Both the position numbers and the translations under genes were made by a program. This document shows, piece after piece, positions 26,202 through 36,658 of a stretch of 64,000 nt of DNA. The notes beneath the pieces were generated by a model that saw nothing but the letters and a program-made list of their open reading frames with translations, was not told the DNA's origin and did not search any database. Within the stretch, counting starts at the first letter, position 1, and each line of letters opens with the position of its first letter. The stretch is from an uncultured Desulfurococcales archaeon (lineage in GTDB: Archaea > Thermoproteota > Thermoprotei_A > Sulfolobales > WANQ01), in assembly GCA_964467535.1 (NCBI GenBank), contig CAYXRT010000008.1, positions 3,932 to 67,931 of the forward strand, in the 5' to 3' direction.

Positions 26202-27915
26202 GTATGCATTATATAATGCTGTAAAACATGAAGGGAAGGCATTACTAGAACCAGTTATAAGTAAGATAGTAGCTGAAAGACCAGACCTAAAACCAAAGAT
26301 AAAGGAAATAATAAACATTGTGAAAGAAGTCATAAATTACGTTAATAGCCTAAGCTTAAGTGAGCAAAAGAGTTTACTCGAAGAAAAATGGCCTGAATTA
26401 TTGGAGGAAAAAATTATTGAAAGAAAATATGAATTACCTCCTTTACCTAATGCTGAAAAATATAAAACAATAGTAACAAGATTTGCACCAAACCCTGATT
26501 TTGTCTTACATTTAGGAAATGCTAGACCAGCGATACTCTGCTATGAGTATGCTAAGATGTATAAAGGTAAAATGATTCTTAGATTCGAAGACACTGATCC
26601 TAGAATTAAAAGACCACTACCTGAAGCATATGATGCTATAAGGGAGGATCTTAAATGGCTCGGCATAAAATGGAATGAAGAATATATTCAGTCACTTAGA
26701 ATGGAAAAATATTACAATGTATTAAAAGAGATCATTAAACGTAAGGGGGCATATATAGACTTATGCTCGCCAAAAGAATTCAAAAAATATCTCTGGTCGT
26801 CCAAACCATGTCCTCATCGTGAAAAACCCATAGAATATCACCTAGAACTACTAGATAAGATATTCGAAGGACATTTTAGTGAAGGCGAAGCTGTTATAAG
26901 AATTAAAACAGACCTAAATTATCCTGATCCTTCAGTAAGGGATTGGGTTGCATTTAGAATTATTGATACAAGTAAAACACCGCATCCCATAGTAGGTGAC
27001 AAATACATACTATGGCCTACATATAATTTTGCAGCAGCAGTTGATGATCACCTAATGGGGGTAACGCATATACTTAGAGCAAAGGAGCACATGACAAATA
27101 CTATAAAACAACAATTTCTATATAAACACATGGGCTGGAAATATCCGGAGGCAATACATTTTGGAAGATTAAAACTTGAGGGCTTCATATTAAGTAAATC
27201 AAAGATGAAAGAGTTAATGGAATCCGATGAATCATTTGAAGGAATAGATGATATAAGATTTGGAACTCTAGGAGCTCTAAGAAAAAGAGGATTTATGCCA
27301 GAAGCAATACATAAATTAATAATGGAAGTTGGCGTAAAGGGAACCGATGCTGCAATAAGCTTTGACAACCTAGCTGCAATCAATAGAAAGATAATAGACC
27401 CTATAGCACCAAGATATATGTTTGTTGAAAATCCCATAAAGGTGGTAATAAACGACTCTCCCAAGGAGTTAATAGCTAGAATACCTTATCATCCATCAAA
27501 TAAGAGGCTAGGTGAAAGAACAATAAAGGTTAAAGGACCAAAAATCCAAGTATTTATATCTTCAACGGATCTTGAATTACTAAGAAAACATCAAATGATT
27601 AGATTGATGGATTTAGCAAACATAGAAATTATGAAAATTGATACTAAATATATTGAAGCCATATTCAAAGGTACAGAGCTACATGAAGCAAGGAAACTAG
27701 GTTTACCTATAATACAATGGGTACCTATAGATGAAAATATCAAAGTAATAGTTAAGAGACCTAAAGAACTAACACTTGAAATTATTGAAGGACTGGCAGA
27801 ACCAAGTATAATTAATGAGAAGGAAGGACGTATAGTTCAGTTCTTCAGATTCGGCTTCGTAAAGTTACATAGTATTTCAAAACACGAAGTAGTAGCTTAC
27901 TATTCTCACGACTAG
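26158..27915 (+). CDS. gltX: Glutamyl-tRNA synthetase (archaeal/eukaryal type)
   Basis: 585 aa; HIGH-type 'PNPDFVLHLGNARPAI' and KMSKS-type 'ILSKSKM'. Confidence 0.9.
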   Translation: MTLENLDSVKELALKYALYNAVKHEGKALLEPVISKIVAERPDLKPKIKEIINIVKEVINYVNSLSLSEQKSLLEEKWPELLEEKIIERKYELPPLPNAEKYKTIVTRFAPNPDFVLHLGNARPAILCYEYAKMYKGKMILRFEDTDPRIKRPLPEAYDAIREDLKWLGIKWNEEYIQSLRMEKYYNVLKEIIKRKGAYIDLCSPKEFKKYLWSSKPCPHREKPIEYHLELLDKIFEGHFSEGEAVIRIKTDLNYPDPSVRDWVAFRIIDTSKTPHPIVGDKYILWPTYNFAAAVDDHLMGVTHILRAKEHMTNTIKQQFLYKHMGWKYPEAIHFGRLKLEGFILSKSKMKELMESDESFEGIDDIRFGTLGALRKRGFMPEAIHKLIMEVGVKGTDAAISFDNLAAINRKIIDPIAPRYMFVENPIKVVINDSPKELIARIPYHPSNKRLGERTIKVKGPKIQVFISSTDLELLRKHQMIRLMDLANIEIMKIDTKYIEAIFKGTELHEARKLGLPIIQWVPIDENIKVIVKRPKELTLEIIEGLAEPSIINEKEGRIVQFFRFGFVKLHSISKHEVVAYYSHD

Positions 27916-27998
27916 ATCACATTAGCATTCTATGAAAATTTATTATCCCCTATACCATACCCTTAATGAGTGGACGACGGTTAGGAGGAGGATGAAAC

Positions 27999-28385
27999 AT
28001 GTCCAAACCATTTTACGTAAGATTTGAAGTACCACCAGAACTAGCTGAAAAAGCATATGAAGCATTAAGAATGGCTAGAGAAAGAGGAGGCAAAATAAAG
28101 AAGGGAACAAATGAAACAACAAAAGCCGTCGAAAGAGGACTAGCAAAATTAGTATTGATAGCTGAAGATGTCGATCCACCTGAAATAGTAGCACACTTAC
28201 CACTATTATGTGATGAGAAGAAGATACCATACGTATATGTACCAAGTAAAAAGAAGCTTGGTGAAGCAGCAGGAATAGAGGTTGCAGCAGCAAGCGCATG
28301 TATCATAGATCCAGGAGAAGCTAGAGAATTAGTAGAGGAAATAATTAAACAAGTAAACGAAATAAGAGCGAAATCAGGTAGATAA
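27999..28385 (+). CDS. rpl7ae: Ribosomal protein L7Ae (K-turn binding)
   Basis: 128 aa; '[46 protein letters not shown]'. Confidence 0.95.
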   Translation: MSKPFYVRFEVPPELAEKAYEALRMARERGGKIKKGTNETTKAVERGLAKLVLIAEDVDPPEIVAHLPLLCDEKKIPYVYVPSKKKLGEAAGIEVAAASACIIDPGEARELVEEIIKQVNEIRAKSGR

Positions 28386-28430
28386 GCACCATTAATGAAG
28401 AATCAATATAACAATTATTTTTAAATTAAA

Positions 28431-28679
28431 TTATCTACCAGTTAACTTTCTAGCTTCTCTTTCCGTCTCTCTAAGTATAAGAATATCACCTATTCTTACA
28501 GGACCCTTAACGTTACGGGTTAAAATTCTACCCTTATCTCTACCCTCAAGAACTCTAACTCTAACCTGTGTAATTTCACCAGTTACACCTGTTCTACCAA
28601 TAATTTGAATTACCTCTGCTGGAAAGCCCAGTTCTTCAACTATGTTAAATTCTCTTCCCTTTCCGCTCTTTGAGCTCAT
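28431..28679 (-). CDS. rps28e: Ribosomal protein S28e
   Basis: '[60 protein letters not shown]'. ATG 28679 is preferred over GTG 28688. It lies on the opposite strand to its flanking partners L7Ae and L24e. Confidence 0.9.
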   Translation of the reverse strand: MSSKSGKGREFNIVEELGFPAEVIQIIGRTGVTGEITQVRVRVLEGRDKGRILTRNVKGPVRIGDILILRETEREARKLTGR

Positions 28680-28714
28680 GGAATACACCCTCTAACATAA
28701 CTTCTGAGAACAGC

Positions 28715-28722
28715 TTATAAAT
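28715..28722. promoter_or_regulatory. Putative shared/bidirectional TATA element between divergent rps28e and rpl24e
   Basis: 'TTATAAAT' (minus strand 'ATTTATAA') lies 35 nt upstream of the rps28e ATG and about 60 nt upstream of the rpl24e ATG. Confidence 0.35.
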
Positions 28723-28783
28723 CCTAAACTAAATAAACTCGGGAGGTTGAGGAAGAATAAGCTCATAGAGATGGGTGAAAGAT

Positions 28784-28963
28784 ATGCCAAAGATATTCAC
28801 GTGTAGTTTCTGTGGAAGGGAAATAGAGCCTGGTACAGGATTAATATATGTTAAAAATAATGGTAGCATATTGAGGTTCTGTTCAAGTAAGTGTTTCAAG
28901 AGTTTTAAAATGGGCCGTGATCCAAGGAGATTAAAATGGGTTAAAAAGAGTAGTCAAAGGTAA
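28784..28963 (+). CDS. rpl24e: Ribosomal protein L24e
   Basis: '[37 protein letters not shown]'. ATG 28784 is preceded by a GGGTGA SD; the ORF track begins at GTG 28775. Confidence 0.9.
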   Translation: MPKIFTCSFCGREIEPGTGLIYVKNNGSILRFCSSKCFKSFKMGRDPRRLKWVKKSSQR

Positions 28964-28987
28964 TTATATAAAAATAGGTTCTAGGGT

Positions 28988-29419
28988 GTGATCGTGTCTG
29001 TCGAGAGAACTCTAGTTATTATTAAACCTGATGGGGTTCGTAGAGGTTTAATAGGTGAAATAATCTCAAGATTCGAGAGAAAGGGATTCAAAATAGTAGC
29101 TCTCAAGATGTTTAAATTCACGCGTGCTAAAGCTGAAGAATTCTATGCAGAACATAGAGGGAAGCATTTCTTTGGAGAATTGATAAAGTTTATAACTTCA
29201 GGACCCGTTGTTGCAATGATTCTTGAGGGGAATAGTGCTGTAACTGTTGTCCGTAAAATGATCGGAGCAACTAATGGAAGAACAGCTGAGCCTGGTACAA
29301 TTAGAGGGGACTTTTCATTGTCGATAACAGAGAATATAATACATGCTGCTGACAGCCCTGAGAAAGCAAAGCGTGAAATATCTATAGTCTTTAGAGAAGA
29401 CGAAGTAGTTGAATGGTGA
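28988..29419 (+). CDS. ndk: Nucleoside diphosphate kinase
   Basis: 143 aa; '[29 protein letters not shown]' and 'NIIHAADS' (active-site His). Confidence 0.95.
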   Translation: MIVSVERTLVIIKPDGVRRGLIGEIISRFERKGFKIVALKMFKFTRAKAEEFYAEHRGKHFFGELIKFITSGPVVAMILEGNSAVTVVRKMIGATNGRTAEPGTIRGDFSLSITENIIHAADSPEKAKREISIVFREDEVVEW

Positions 29420-29426
29420 TTTTTAA

Positions 29427-31250
29427 TTAAATTTTCACTCCGGGTATAAATGCATAAGTAGGATCCTGCTTCCTCTTAATTTTAACAATTTCTCTTAACG
29501 TCATTATTTCGTCATCACTAAGCTCGTTCTTATACTTAGTTAGCAATATTTTAACGTGAGTATTTGGAATGTCCGTGAACATGACATCCCCTTCATCTAC
29601 ATGCCTTCCTATCATAATCCTTCCTCTAATTGAAATAGCAACAGCTTGACCAGCTCTGGCGAAAGGTATAGGTTTTCCCTTATCTTGTATTTGCATTATT
29701 TCGCCAAGACGTTTTCCGTCTTCTCTCATTAATGGGTAACCTGGTTTAATTATTCCTCCAAGAACTTCAACACCTACAATAGCTGGTTCGCTACGCCTAA
29801 ATACGTAACCAGGTATTATTCTCACCTTACCAGGCCTTACGAGACTTTCAAGTTCTCTACGTCTTTCTTCCTCCCTTAACTTATTAAGCCACTCCTCATA
29901 CTCTTCTATAAGTCTATAAATCACGTTATTAAGAAATATTTTAACTCCATGCTTTCTTGCCTCTTCAGCCGCTTCGGGTAGGACTTTTACGTTGAATCCA
30001 AGTATAACGCCGTATTCCTTTTTACTCCTTAATGTTACAGCAGCTTCAATTATATCACGCTTACTTATAGCTCCGACATCAGCAAGCCTTACTGGAATAT
30101 CCTTATTCCTCAACATAGCTACTACAGCTTCTAAAGTACCTAGAGTATCTGCTTTAACTATAACTCCATCAATTTCAGTCTTTATTTTAGCAGCTTCTAC
30201 TTCCTCTTTTACCTTCTTAGCATATTCGTCTATCAGCTCTTCTGATGGTATAACATATAATGGGGCTCCAGCAACTACCTTTTCAAGCCCCTGAGCAATA
30301 ATCTTCACTCCTGCAGCTGCTATAACTTCATCAACATGCATAAACTCTCCTTTATGAAGTCTAATTTCTTGTAAAGGTCTAGGCATTAATAGTGCTCTAA
30401 CCCTCGTAACTACGGGTTCTTCTAAGCCGCCAACAATTATTAAATCGCCTTTTCTAATTATACCATCATATATAACGGCATCAATTGTAGTGCCTAGCCC
30501 TGGCTCTTCCTTAACTTCTAATACTACTCCTTTAGCAGGACCTTTAGCAAGCATTAACTTCTTAGCCATATACTGTTGCGTTAAACCTGCAAGAACAGCT
30601 AATAATTCAGGAATGCCTTCTCCTGTTTTAGCTGAAATGGGTACAATAGCTACTGTACGGGTAAAGTCCTTTATTCTATCAAATCTTTCAGCTCTAAATC
30701 CAAGCTTATACATTTCACCAACCATTCTATAGATTAATTCATCTAATGTTTCCTTGACATAATCTTCTTGTTCTTTAATTGTATATATGAATGGCTGGTT
30801 AGGATGAGGCTTCCATCCAGGAATTCTATCTATTTTATTAGCAGCTATCAGGAATGGAACTTTTCTCGCCTTCAAAATTTCAATGCTTTCATAAGTTTGC
30901 CTCTGAAATCCATCAATTACATCAACGACAAGTATTGCAAAGTCGGCAACACTTCCACCTCTACGTCTTAAGTTAGAAAACGCCTCATGTCCAGGAGTAT
31001 CGATAAATAAGAGACCTGGAATCTTTAACTTTATCGGTATAAGCTTCTTTAAAGGTTCAGCTATTCTTTCAATAACATTAGCTGGAACAAGACTAGCACC
31101 AACATGTTGAGTTATCTGACCAGGTTCTTTTTGAGCAACAGTAGTTCCCCTGATTTTATCAAGTAGAGTTGTTTTGCCATGATCTACGTGCCCTAGGACA
31201 ACTACTATAGGTTGCCTTAACTTCATTGTTCTCTTGCCCTTAAATTCCAA
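29427..31250 (-). CDS. infB: Translation initiation factor aIF5B (IF-2 homolog)
   Basis: 607 aa; '[18 protein letters not shown]', 'DTPGHEAF' and 'NKID'. An alternative start is Met9 (31226). It is convergent with ndk, separated by a 7-nt gap. Confidence 0.95.
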   Translation of the reverse strand: MEFKGKRTMKLRQPIVVVLGHVDHGKTTLLDKIRGTTVAQKEPGQITQHVGASLVPANVIERIAEPLKKLIPIKLKIPGLLFIDTPGHEAFSNLRRRGGSVADFAILVVDVIDGFQRQTYESIEILKARKVPFLIAANKIDRIPGWKPHPNQPFIYTIKEQEDYVKETLDELIYRMVGEMYKLGFRAERFDRIKDFTRTVAIVPISAKTGEGIPELLAVLAGLTQQYMAKKLMLAKGPAKGVVLEVKEEPGLGTTIDAVIYDGIIRKGDLIIVGGLEEPVVTRVRALLMPRPLQEIRLHKGEFMHVDEVIAAAGVKIIAQGLEKVVAGAPLYVIPSEELIDEYAKKVKEEVEAAKIKTEIDGVIVKADTLGTLEAVVAMLRNKDIPVRLADVGAISKRDIIEAAVTLRSKKEYGVILGFNVKVLPEAAEEARKHGVKIFLNNVIYRLIEEYEEWLNKLREEERRRELESLVRPGKVRIIPGYVFRRSEPAIVGVEVLGGIIKPGYPLMREDGKRLGEIMQIQDKGKPIPFARAGQAVAISIRGRIMIGRHVDEGDVMFTDIPNTHVKILLTKYKNELSDDEIMTLREIVKIKRKQDPTYAFIPGVKI

Positions 31251-31403
31251 GTATCATCACCTTTAATTACTCTTATATTCTAACACCTGTAAGACTGTCT
31301 AGTAAACTTAAAATCTTAACGTTAAATAATCAACAAACGTAAAAACCCCTATACAATATTTAGCCTCCTGGTAGTAACCCACAATGGCAGTTGGTGAAAG
31401 TCG

Positions 31404-32072
31404 ATGGTGGAGTTCAAAATAGTAATCTCGGATCCCATGGCGGGAAGTAAGCCAGTAAAAGTGGTGGTACTTAAGGGTATAGATGAAATAGACTATATAG
31501 CAGATGAGAAAGAGAAGAGAAAGTTACCAATAGCAAAAATAAATCCTGAACTTGCTAAGAAGTTAGAACTAGATCCTAAGTTAAATGTACTAACTGTAAG
31601 AATATGGAAAAATAAAGCTGCAAAAGAAAAGGTTAACATAACATTTAAGGTACAATTAGATAATAACATCCCAGTAAACGAAATACATTGTTCAGCTAAT
31701 TTAATGTTTGAAAAAATAGGTGAAGCTGAAGCAAAAGCTGAAGCTTTTAGAGCAAAGGCATGGCAAATGACTGTAAAAGGAGATAAAGCATCGAGACTGA
31801 TAGGTCTAAAAATTGGTGATACTTTTGAAGGATCTATTGTAGATCTTCCAGGTGTAATCCTTAAAATAACGGGAGGAACTGATAATAGTGGTTTTCCTAT
31901 GAGACCTGACTTACCGGGTCCTGCAAAGAGAAGAATACTGCTTTCAGGTCCACCTGGATTTCATCCTCGAGAGAAGGGTGAAAGGAGGAGAAAGACAGTA
32001 AGAGGAAATATGATATCTGATGAAATAGTACAAATAAATACAGTAATAGTCTATCAGTCTAGAGAGGGATAA
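31404..32072 (+). CDS. rps6e: Ribosomal protein S6e
   Basis: 222 aa; 'FKIVISDP' and 'GGTDNSGFPMRPDLPGPAKRRILLS'. Confidence 0.9.
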   Translation: MVEFKIVISDPMAGSKPVKVVVLKGIDEIDYIADEKEKRKLPIAKINPELAKKLELDPKLNVLTVRIWKNKAAKEKVNITFKVQLDNNIPVNEIHCSANLMFEKIGEAEAKAEAFRAKAWQMTVKGDKASRLIGLKIGDTFEGSIVDLPGVILKITGGTDNSGFPMRPDLPGPAKRRILLSGPPGFHPREKGERRRKTVRGNMISDEIVQINTVIVYQSREG

Positions 32073-32104
32073 TAATAACGTTAACTATAAATTAAGGTGA
32101 TAAT

Positions 32105-33349
32105 TTGGCTTTATTTAAACAACCAGAAGTAAATATTGGTGTAGTAGGTCATGTAGATCACGGTAAAACAACTTTAGTCCAGGCAATAACAGGCATATGG
32201 ACTGCAAGACATTCCGAGGAGCTAAAGAGAGGCATGACAATAAAGCTAGGATATGCAGATGCTGAAATATACTTCTGTGAAAGCTGTGGAAAACCCGAAG
32301 GATTTACTACTGAACCTACATGTAAATATTGCGGCTCAGATGAAGAACCTAAGTTTCTTAGAAGAGTATCATTTGTTGATGCTCCAGGTCATGAAGTACT
32401 AATGGCTACGATGCTCTCAGGAGCAGCAGTAATGGATGGAGCAATACTAGTTATAGCAGCAAATGAGCCCTGTCCTCAACCTCAGACAAGAGAGCATTTT
32501 GTTGCACTAAATATAATTGGGATTAAAAACATAGTTGTTGTTCAAAACAAGATAGATGTTGTTACAAAAGAACAAGCATTAAAAAACTACAATCAAATAA
32601 AGAAGTTCCTGGAAGGAACATGGGCTGAAGACGCACCAATAATACCCGTAAGTGCATTACATAAAGCAAATATTGATGTACTTTTAGAGGCAATAGAGGA
32701 ATACATACCTACACCGCAAAGAGATCCTACAAAACCTCCATTAATGTTTATAATAAGAAGCTTTGATGTAAATAAGCCAGGAACACCACCAGATAAACTA
32801 CAAGGAGGGGTTATAGGGGGAAGTATTCTCCAAGGAGTAATTAGAGTCGGGGATGAAATAGAAATTAGACCTGGAGTTAGAATAGAAAAAGCTAAAGGAA
32901 GAGCAGAATATGTACCATTATATACAGAAGTGGTAAGTCTTAGATTCGGAAACATTGAAGTAAAGGAAGCAAAACCTGGAGGATTAGTAGCTATAGGAAC
33001 AAAACTAGATCCCTCTCTCACAAAAGCGGATAACCTCGTAGGCAATGTTGTCGGAAAAGCTGGGCATTTACCACCAATATACACTCACTTAAGAATAGAG
33101 TACGAATTACTAGAAAGAGTTGTAGGTACAAAAGAACTATTAAAAGTACAACCGATAAGGCTAAAAGAACCACTAATGATAACCGTAGGAACAGCAATAA
33201 CATTAGGCTTTGTAACGAAAGTTTCAAAAGATGAAGTAGAAGTAGTCCTAAGAAGACCTGTAGTGGCATGGAAGGGGGCAAGAATAGCTATAAGTAGACA
33301 AGTACTTGGACGATGGAGGCTTGTTGGATGGGGAACAGTTGTGGAGTAA
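32105..33349 (+). CDS. eif2g: Translation initiation factor aIF2 gamma subunit
   Basis: 414 aa; '[15 protein letters not shown]', Zn knuckle 'CESCG...CKYCG', 'DAPGHE' and 'NKID'; TTG start. Confidence 0.95.
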   Translation: MALFKQPEVNIGVVGHVDHGKTTLVQAITGIWTARHSEELKRGMTIKLGYADAEIYFCESCGKPEGFTTEPTCKYCGSDEEPKFLRRVSFVDAPGHEVLMATMLSGAAVMDGAILVIAANEPCPQPQTREHFVALNIIGIKNIVVVQNKIDVVTKEQALKNYNQIKKFLEGTWAEDAPIIPVSALHKANIDVLLEAIEEYIPTPQRDPTKPPLMFIIRSFDVNKPGTPPDKLQGGVIGGSILQGVIRVGDEIEIRPGVRIEKAKGRAEYVPLYTEVVSLRFGNIEVKEAKPGGLVAIGTKLDPSLTKADNLVGNVVGKAGHLPPIYTHLRIEYELLERVVGTKELLKVQPIRLKEPLMITVGTAITLGFVTKVSKDEVEVVLRRPVVAWKGARIAISRQVLGRWRLVGWGTVVE

Positions 33350-33756
33350 GAAGAAGATGCTGTGTAGTACTAGACACGAATATGTTAATGTTAGCATACA
33401 AAGGAATAGACATCTTCACCCAAATAGAGGAGCTCTTAACGACAAAGTGTGAATTCATAGTACTCAGAAAAGTATGTGATGAATTAGTAAATATATTGAA
33501 TAAAGGCTCCCCTAAGGAAAGGAAAGCTGCACAATACGCATTAAAGCTTGTTGAAAAATACTGTAAAATAGTAGACTATGAAGAACCTGATATACAAAAA
33601 GTTGATGAACTAATTTTACTGTATGCATTAAATAATAAGTGCTTTATTGCTAGTAACGATAAAGAGCTTAGGAGAAAGGCTAGAGCTTTAGGCTTACCAG
33701 AAATATATTTTAGGGAAGAAAAGCAAATGCTAGAAGCGTCAGAAGAATTTATTTAG
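33313..33756 (+). CDS. PIN-domain protein, Fcf1/Utp24-like (rRNA maturation-type, conserved partner of aIF2gamma/rpoE')
   Basis: 'VVLDTNMLM' and '[18 protein letters not shown]'; conserved gene order. The start is likely ATG 33328 rather than 33313. Confidence 0.8.
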   Translation: MEACWMGNSCGVRRRCCVVLDTNMLMLAYKGIDIFTQIEELLTTKCEFIVLRKVCDELVNILNKGSPKERKAAQYALKLVEKYCKIVDYEEPDIQKVDELILLYALNNKCFIASNDKELRRKARALGLPEIYFREEKQMLEASEEFI

Positions 33757-33786
33757 CCTTAATCTATAATTGAAGCAGCAAAGGAG

Positions 33787-34362
33787 GTGCAGTATTTGTA
33801 TAAACTCTTCAAAGTCAGGGGCATGGTTAGGATACCGCCAAAATACTTTGGACAACCATTAGAGGAAGTAGCTATAAAAATACTAAGAGAGCAATATGAA
33901 GGATTAATACATCCTGAAGCAGGATTAATAGTGGCAGTACTAGATGCTAAGATTTCACCTGAAGGAATAATAATACACGGTGATGGCGCAACATATCATG
34001 AGGTTGAATTCACGATTTTAACTTTCCAGCCAATACTACATGAGGTAGTAGAAGGAGAAGTAGTAGATGCAAAAGAGTTCGGCATCTTTATAAACATAGG
34101 ACCTTTTGACGCACTAGTTCATAGATCTCAAATAGCGGAAGAACCATTTAAGTTAGAGCCTTCAAGAGGAGCATTAATGGGTCAGCAGACAAAGAGAATG
34201 CTAGAAAGAGGAGATATAGTAAGAGGTAGAATTATAAACATCAGTTTACCCTCAGCTGCACGAGCTCCAAGAATAGGAATGACCCTAAGACAGCCATTCT
34301 TAGGGAAAATAGAGTGGATTAAAAAGGAGATAGAGAACTTAAGAAAAGCTTCAAAGAAGTAA
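33787..34362 (+). CDS. rpoE1: DNA-directed RNA polymerase subunit E' (Rpo7), S1 domain
   Basis: 'YKLFKVRGMVRIPPKYFG' and an S1 fold, 'VVEGEVVDAKEFGIFINIGPFDALVH'. The likely true start is TTG 33796 (MYKLF...). Confidence 0.9.
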   Translation: MQYLYKLFKVRGMVRIPPKYFGQPLEEVAIKILREQYEGLIHPEAGLIVAVLDAKISPEGIIIHGDGATYHEVEFTILTFQPILHEVVEGEVVDAKEFGIFINIGPFDALVHRSQIAEEPFKLEPSRGALMGQQTKRMLERGDIVRGRIINISLPSAARAPRIGMTLRQPFLGKIEWIKKEIENLRKASKK

Positions 34363-34379
34363 TTAGAGGCGTCTAATTC

Positions 34380-34592
34380 ATGTCAAGAGCTAGAATAAAG
34401 AGAAGTCCTTTTAAGGCTTGTAGAAAGTGTAGATTACTAGTTGTACATGAGGAAGAGAAATGTCCAAACTGCGGATCAACAGATTTTACTGAGGATTGGC
34501 AGGGAATAGTAGTAATAATAGATCCCGAATCAAGGATAGCAAAAGCATTAAACATAAATAAACCAGGCAGGTACGCTATTAAGGTATGGTAA
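34380..34592 (+). CDS. spt4: Transcription elongation factor Spt4 (RpoE'')
   Basis: 70 aa; Zn ribbon 'CRKCRLLV...CPNCGS' followed by 'DWQGIVVIIDPESRIAKAL'. Confidence 0.9.
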   Translation: MSRARIKRSPFKACRKCRLLVVHEEEKCPNCGSTDFTEDWQGIVVIIDPESRIAKALNINKPGRYAIKVW

Positions 34593-34593
34593 T

Positions 34594-35145
34594 GTGAAAA
34601 CATATGTACTTAAACAACAATACAGAAAAATATTCAAGCACCCATATGGAATACTAATATGTTCAAGTAATGCATTTAAATCAAGTTACTTACTAAAATC
34701 AATTGGCAAGGCTCCCTTTCTCGTATGTGTAGGTGATTATGTCACGCTAAATGCTATAAATGCGTCAGTAATACCATCGATAGCCTTAATAAATGGTAAG
34801 ACTAGAAGGCATGACCCAATAAGGTATAACGTCATTATTAGTAAGTTCAAAAAGCAGTATAAAATAGTTAATCCTCCAGGAACTATAAGCGAAGATGCAA
34901 TATCAACGCTTAAAAGTATCGTAAAGAAAAAGGAGAACCAAGTCCTCATCATAGTTGATGGTGAAGAAGATTTACTTGTACTCCCCTTAATAATATTATT
35001 ACCCTTAAACTCGTTAATAGTTTATGGTCAACCAGGTGCTGGGGCAGTAGTCGTTATCGTTAATGCGCTTTTGAAGAAAATAAGCTTAAATCTCTCCCTA
35101 TATTTTAAACCACACATAGCATACACAAAGGAGGTGACGGTATGA
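34594..35145 (+). CDS. DUF359 protein / archaeal GTP-dependent dephospho-CoA kinase family
   Basis: 183 aa; 'VCVGDYVTLNAI', 'ALINGKTRR' and 'IIVDGEEDLLVLPLI' are typical DUF359 (COG1909) motifs; conserved position after spt4. Confidence 0.8.
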   Translation: MKTYVLKQQYRKIFKHPYGILICSSNAFKSSYLLKSIGKAPFLVCVGDYVTLNAINASVIPSIALINGKTRRHDPIRYNVIISKFKKQYKIVNPPGTISEDAISTLKSIVKKKENQVLIIVDGEEDLLVLPLIILLPLNSLIVYGQPGAGAVVVIVNALLKKISLNLSLYFKPHIAYTKEVTV

Positions 35146-35459
35146 GCGAGAAGAAAAAGATAGATCTAGGTGAAGGATATCATGTAGAGGTTGTTGAGGA
35201 AAAATATAACCCACTAGTAAACAGAAAGGAGATAACGTTAATAATATATCACATAGGAAAGGGCACTCCCCAAAGAAAGCTGATTAGAGAAAAAGTTGCT
35301 TCATCTTATGGGGTTGAAATTAATAGAGTTTATGTGAGAAATATACTAGGAGAGTTCGGTATTGGAAGAAGTAAAGCAATCATACACATATATGACAGTG
35401 TTGAAAGAGCAAAAATGTTTGAACCTGAACATGTAATCAGGAAAAATGAAGGTGGATAA
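35142..35459 (+). CDS. rps24e: Ribosomal protein S24e
   Basis: 105 aa; 'NPLVNRKEITLIIYHIGKGTPQRKLIREKVA' and 'FGIGRSKAIIHIYDS'. Confidence 0.9.
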   Translation: MSEKKKIDLGEGYHVEVVEEKYNPLVNRKEITLIIYHIGKGTPQRKLIREKVASSYGVEINRVYVRNILGEFGIGRSKAIIHIYDSVERAKMFEPEHVIRKNEGG

Positions 35460-35461
35460 TC

Positions 35462-35635
35462 ATGTCATGGGTACATAAATTATATGAATATGATTATAAT
35501 ACTGGTAAGATAAGATTAAAAAACAGGCGTTGTCCTAGATGTGGAAGTATTATGGCTCATCACAAAGTACCAATACCTAGATGGCACTGCGGTAAATGTG
35601 GTTATACAGAGTTCATAGGGAAGAGAAAAATCTAA
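35462..35635 (+). CDS. rps27ae: Ribosomal protein S27ae (zinc ribbon)
   Basis: Not in the ORF track (57 aa). Own translation: MSWVHKLYEYDYNTGKIRLKNRRCPRCGSIMAHHKVPIPRWHCGKCGYTEFIGKRKI. It has a CPRCG...CGKCG ribbon and sits in the conserved position after rps24e. Confidence 0.85.
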   Translation: MSWVHKLYEYDYNTGKIRLKNRRCPRCGSIMAHHKVPIPRWHCGKCGYTEFIGKRKI

Positions 35636-35650
35636 TATAAATGGGAGAAA

Positions 35651-36658
35651 ATGCTAGTATTGGGCATAGAATCTACAGCACATACTTTCGGTATAGGCAT
35701 AGTTCAAGATACAAAGCCATATATATTAGCGGATGCTCGAAGAAACTACTTCAAGCAAATTAAAGAAGGAGGAATACATCCAAGAGAAGCAGCAAGATAC
35801 TTTATTGAAGTAGCAGACAAAGTCCTAGATGAAGCACTTAAACAGGCAAGTATAGACATCAATGAAGTAGACGCCATCGCAGTAGCGTTAGGTCCAGGAC
35901 TTGGGCCTTGTCTTAGAGTTGGAGCTACAATAGCAAGGGCATTAGCATATTATTATAATAAACCACTTGTACCTGTAAACCATGCAGTAGCTCACATTGA
36001 AATAGGCCTTCTAGTCGCCAATGCTAAAGACCCCGTTGTAGTTTATGTTGCAGGAGGAAATACAATGATAGTAGCATTTAATCAAGGAAGATATAGAATT
36101 TTTGGAGAAACTCTAGATTTACCGCTAGGAAATCTACAAGATATATTCGTCAGAGAAGTAGGATTAGCACCACCATATATCATAGAGGGAGTTCATGTAA
36201 TAGACAAGTGTGCTGAAGGAGGTAAGTTTATTGAAGGCTTTCCTTATATTGTTAAAGGACAGGATGTATCTTTTTCAGGTTTATTGACAGCTGCCCTAAG
36301 ATATTATAGAACAGGTAAAGCTAGGTTAGAAGACATATGTTATACATTAAGAGAAGTAGCATATTCTATGGTTGTAGAAGTAGCTGAAAGAGCACTAGCG
36401 CATACGGGTAAAAAAGAGATATTACTTGTAGGAGGCGTTGCTGCAAGTAAAACTCTACAACGAAAGTTTAAGATTATGGCTAAATATCATAATGCTGAAG
36501 TAAAAATAACACCACCGCAATACGCTGAAGATAATGGAGTTATGATAGCATGGACAGGATTACTAGAGTATAAGCATGGGATAACTATACCCATAGAAAA
36601 AGCATATGTCAGACAACGATGGAGACTTGACGAGGTAGACATCATATGGAGGTCTTAA
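35651..36658 (+). CDS. kae1: tRNA N6-adenosine threonylcarbamoyltransferase Kae1 (KEOPS)
   Basis: 335 aa; 'VLGIESTAHTFGIGIV', 'VALGPGLGPCLRVG', 'VNHAVAHIE' and 'EDNGVMIA'. Confidence 0.9.
   Translation: MLVLGIESTAHTFGIGIVQDTKPYILADARRNYFKQIKEGGIHPREAARYFIEVADKVLDEALKQASIDINEVDAIAVALGPGLGPCLRVGATIARALAYYYNKPLVPVNHAVAHIEIGLLVANAKDPVVVYVAGGNTMIVAFNQGRYRIFGETLDLPLGNLQDIFVREVGLAPPYIIEGVHVIDKCAEGGKFIEGFPYIVKGQDVSFSGLLTAALRYYRTGKARLEDICYTLREVAYSMVVEVAERALAHTGKKEILLVGGVAASKTLQRKFKIMAKYHNAEVKITPPQYAEDNGVMIAWTGLLEYKHGITIPIEKAYVRQRWRLDEVDIIWRS

Noticed and set aside
27960-27998. Possible autoregulatory K-turn in the rpl7ae 5' leader ('AATGAG...GGAGGATGAAAC').
   Set aside because: I could not pair a canonical C-stem next to the GA/GA candidates in either topology, and the intervening sequence has no complementary C-rich strand. 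The GGAGGAGGA stretch 5-13 nt before the ATG is more simply a strong Shine-Dalgarno site.
33313-33756. PIN-domain gene as a VapC toxin of a toxin-antitoxin pair.
   Set aside because: No small antitoxin ORF is adjacent. The gene sits in the universally conserved aIF2gamma-PIN-rpoE' housekeeping context typical of Fcf1/Utp24-like rRNA-processing PIN proteins.
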